From a virus (taxonomy: Duplodnaviria > Heunggongvirae > Uroviricota > Caudoviricetes), in the IMG/VR virus record IMGVR_UViG_3300047444_000753, positions 133,256 to 158,613 of that record: a DNA stretch of 25,358 nt. The stretch is one strand, 5' to 3'. Both the position numbers and the translations under genes were made by a program. A model generated the notes under the pieces. That model was not told where the DNA came from. It made no database searches and worked only from the letters and a program-made list of their open reading frames with translations. The stretch's first letter is position 1. Each line of letters opens with the position of its first letter. Below, one piece after another: positions 24,241 through 25,358 of the stretch.

Positions 24241-25358
24241 ATGCCTGTAGTAGCTGAGATTGACGAAGAAAATCCAAAGAAGATCAAAACCTCCCAGCAC
24301 GAATGGAGGTTCCAAGAAATCCTGAAGGCGCTGCCGACCTCCCACTGGGACAAGAAGCTCTCGGTCTGGCGCTTCAACCTGAACTGGCAGACCTGCCTTG
24401 CCCTGAAGGCGGAGCTGGGCGACCTGTTCATTGCCGGACCCAACCTCAAACAGTGGATGGCGGACGAATACAACAATCGTATCCTCCCAGCATACACACT
24501 CCGGGACAAGATCGAAGCCGAGGGCTACGAACGGCTCTTCCCACACCAGCGCGGAGACGTGCAGTTCCTGTCCACGGCGGAGCGTGCCATTCTTGCCAAC
24601 GGGCTCGGGTCCGGCAAGTCGCAGTCGGCGTTCTCCACCGTCCGGTACCTGTACGAGCACAAGGGGATCAACCCGTTCCCGGCACTCATCGTCTGCCCGA
24701 ACTCCACCAAATTCCAGTGGAAAAACGAGATCGAAGAGGTCTGGCCGGGGCTCAAGGTCGAAGTGCTTGACGGCACGGTGACCAAGCGCCGGAAGGCCTT
24801 GGCATCGCAGGCGCACGTCTACATCATCAACTGGGAGGGCGTCCGGTCCCACTCGCGGCTGCAGCCCTACGGCTCCATCGCCCTGAAGAAGTGCCCGGAG
24901 CACGGAGGCAAGGATCCCAAGGTGACCGCCTCCACCTGTGAGGTGCATTCCAAGGAGCTCAACGAGATCGACTTTGTCACCGTCATCGGTGACGAGGCCC
25001 ACCGCATTGCCGACCCGTCCACCAAGGTGGCTCGGGCGTTCAAGGCAGCCACCGGAGACGCACGGTACCGCTTCGCCCTCACCGGCACGCCGATCCGTTC
25101 CGCCCCCGATGACCTGTTCTCGATCCTGAACTGGCTCATGCCCGAGGCCTACCCTTCCAAGGTCAAGTACATCGACCGCTTCTGCCTATCACACTCCGAC
25201 GCGTGGGGCACCCTGCACGTCTCCGGGATCCGCAAGGAGATGGAGCAGGAATTCTTCTCCGGCCTTGACCCCTTCCTGCGCCGCATGCCCAAGGAGCTCA
25301 TCTTGCCATTCCTTCCGCCTATCCTGCGTTCCCGCCGAGATGTGGAGATGGGGACGAA
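24241..25358 (+). CDS. SNF2-type (SF2) DNA helicase, 3'-truncated; absent from the ORF track
   Basis: Translated by hand from ATG 24241 (MPVVAEIDEENPKK). Motifs LFPHQ, Walker A GLGSGKS, ALIVCP, IINWE, Walker B DEAH, LTGTP. The frame is open to the window end. Confidence 0.93.
   Translation, partial: MPVVAEIDEENPKKIKTSQHEWRFQEILKALPTSHWDKKLSVWRFNLNWQTCLALKAELGDLFIAGPNLKQWMADEYNNRILPAYTLRDKIEAEGYERLFPHQRGDVQFLSTAERAILANGLGSGKSQSAFSTVRYLYEHKGINPFPALIVCPNSTKFQWKNEIEEVWPGLKVEVLDGTVTKRRKALASQAHVYIINWEGVRSHSRLQPYGSIALKKCPEHGGKDPKVTASTCEVHSKELNEIDFVTVIGDEAHRIADPSTKVARAFKAATGDARYRFALTGTPIRSAPDDLFSILNWLMPEAYPSKVKYIDRFCLSHSDAWGTLHVSGIRKEMEQEFFSGLDPFLRRMPKELILPFLPPILRSRRDVEMGT

Noticed and set aside
21842-25139. 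Minus-strand and alternate-frame ORFs over the polymerase, resolvase and helicase
   Set aside because: They overlap well-supported motif-bearing genes. The real helicase frame from 24241 is missing from the track only because it has no stop in the window.
21929-25358. Intein or intron in the polymerase or helicase
   Set aside because: Motif spacing is compact and the frames are continuous. No intein splice-junction or homing endonuclease motifs were seen.

Overview
This window is a segment of a tailed dsDNA phage genome with a siphovirus layout. The gene set and GC-rich codon use point to an actinobacterial host, which is an inference. All credible genes are on the + strand. In order: a 5'-truncated capsid maturation protease, a major capsid (hexamer-type) protein with a long acidic N-terminal scaffold-like region, a second (pentamer-type) capsid protein, the major tail protein, head-tail joining genes, a tail assembly chaperone pair with a probable -1 frameshift, a 1375-aa tape measure protein, three minor tail proteins, a ~1670-aa repeat-built tail fibre, four small or unknown genes, a family A DNA polymerase, a RuvC-like resolvase, and a 3'-truncated SNF2-type helicase that the ORF track missed. 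No lysis, integrase, tRNA or CRISPR features were seen. The most notable unexplained signals are: (1) a 22-bp uninterrupted RNA helix, extendable to ~33 bp, that encloses the RBS and start codon of the second capsid gene and could set capsomer stoichiometry; (2) an almost charge-free tail fibre with 46 heptads and ~57 decapeptides showing recent DNA duplications; (3) a recurring extended -10 motif; (4) a promoter-overlapping RBS-sequestering hairpin; and (5) a probable nested start in the capsid gene. Product names come from motif recognition and gene order, not database searches.
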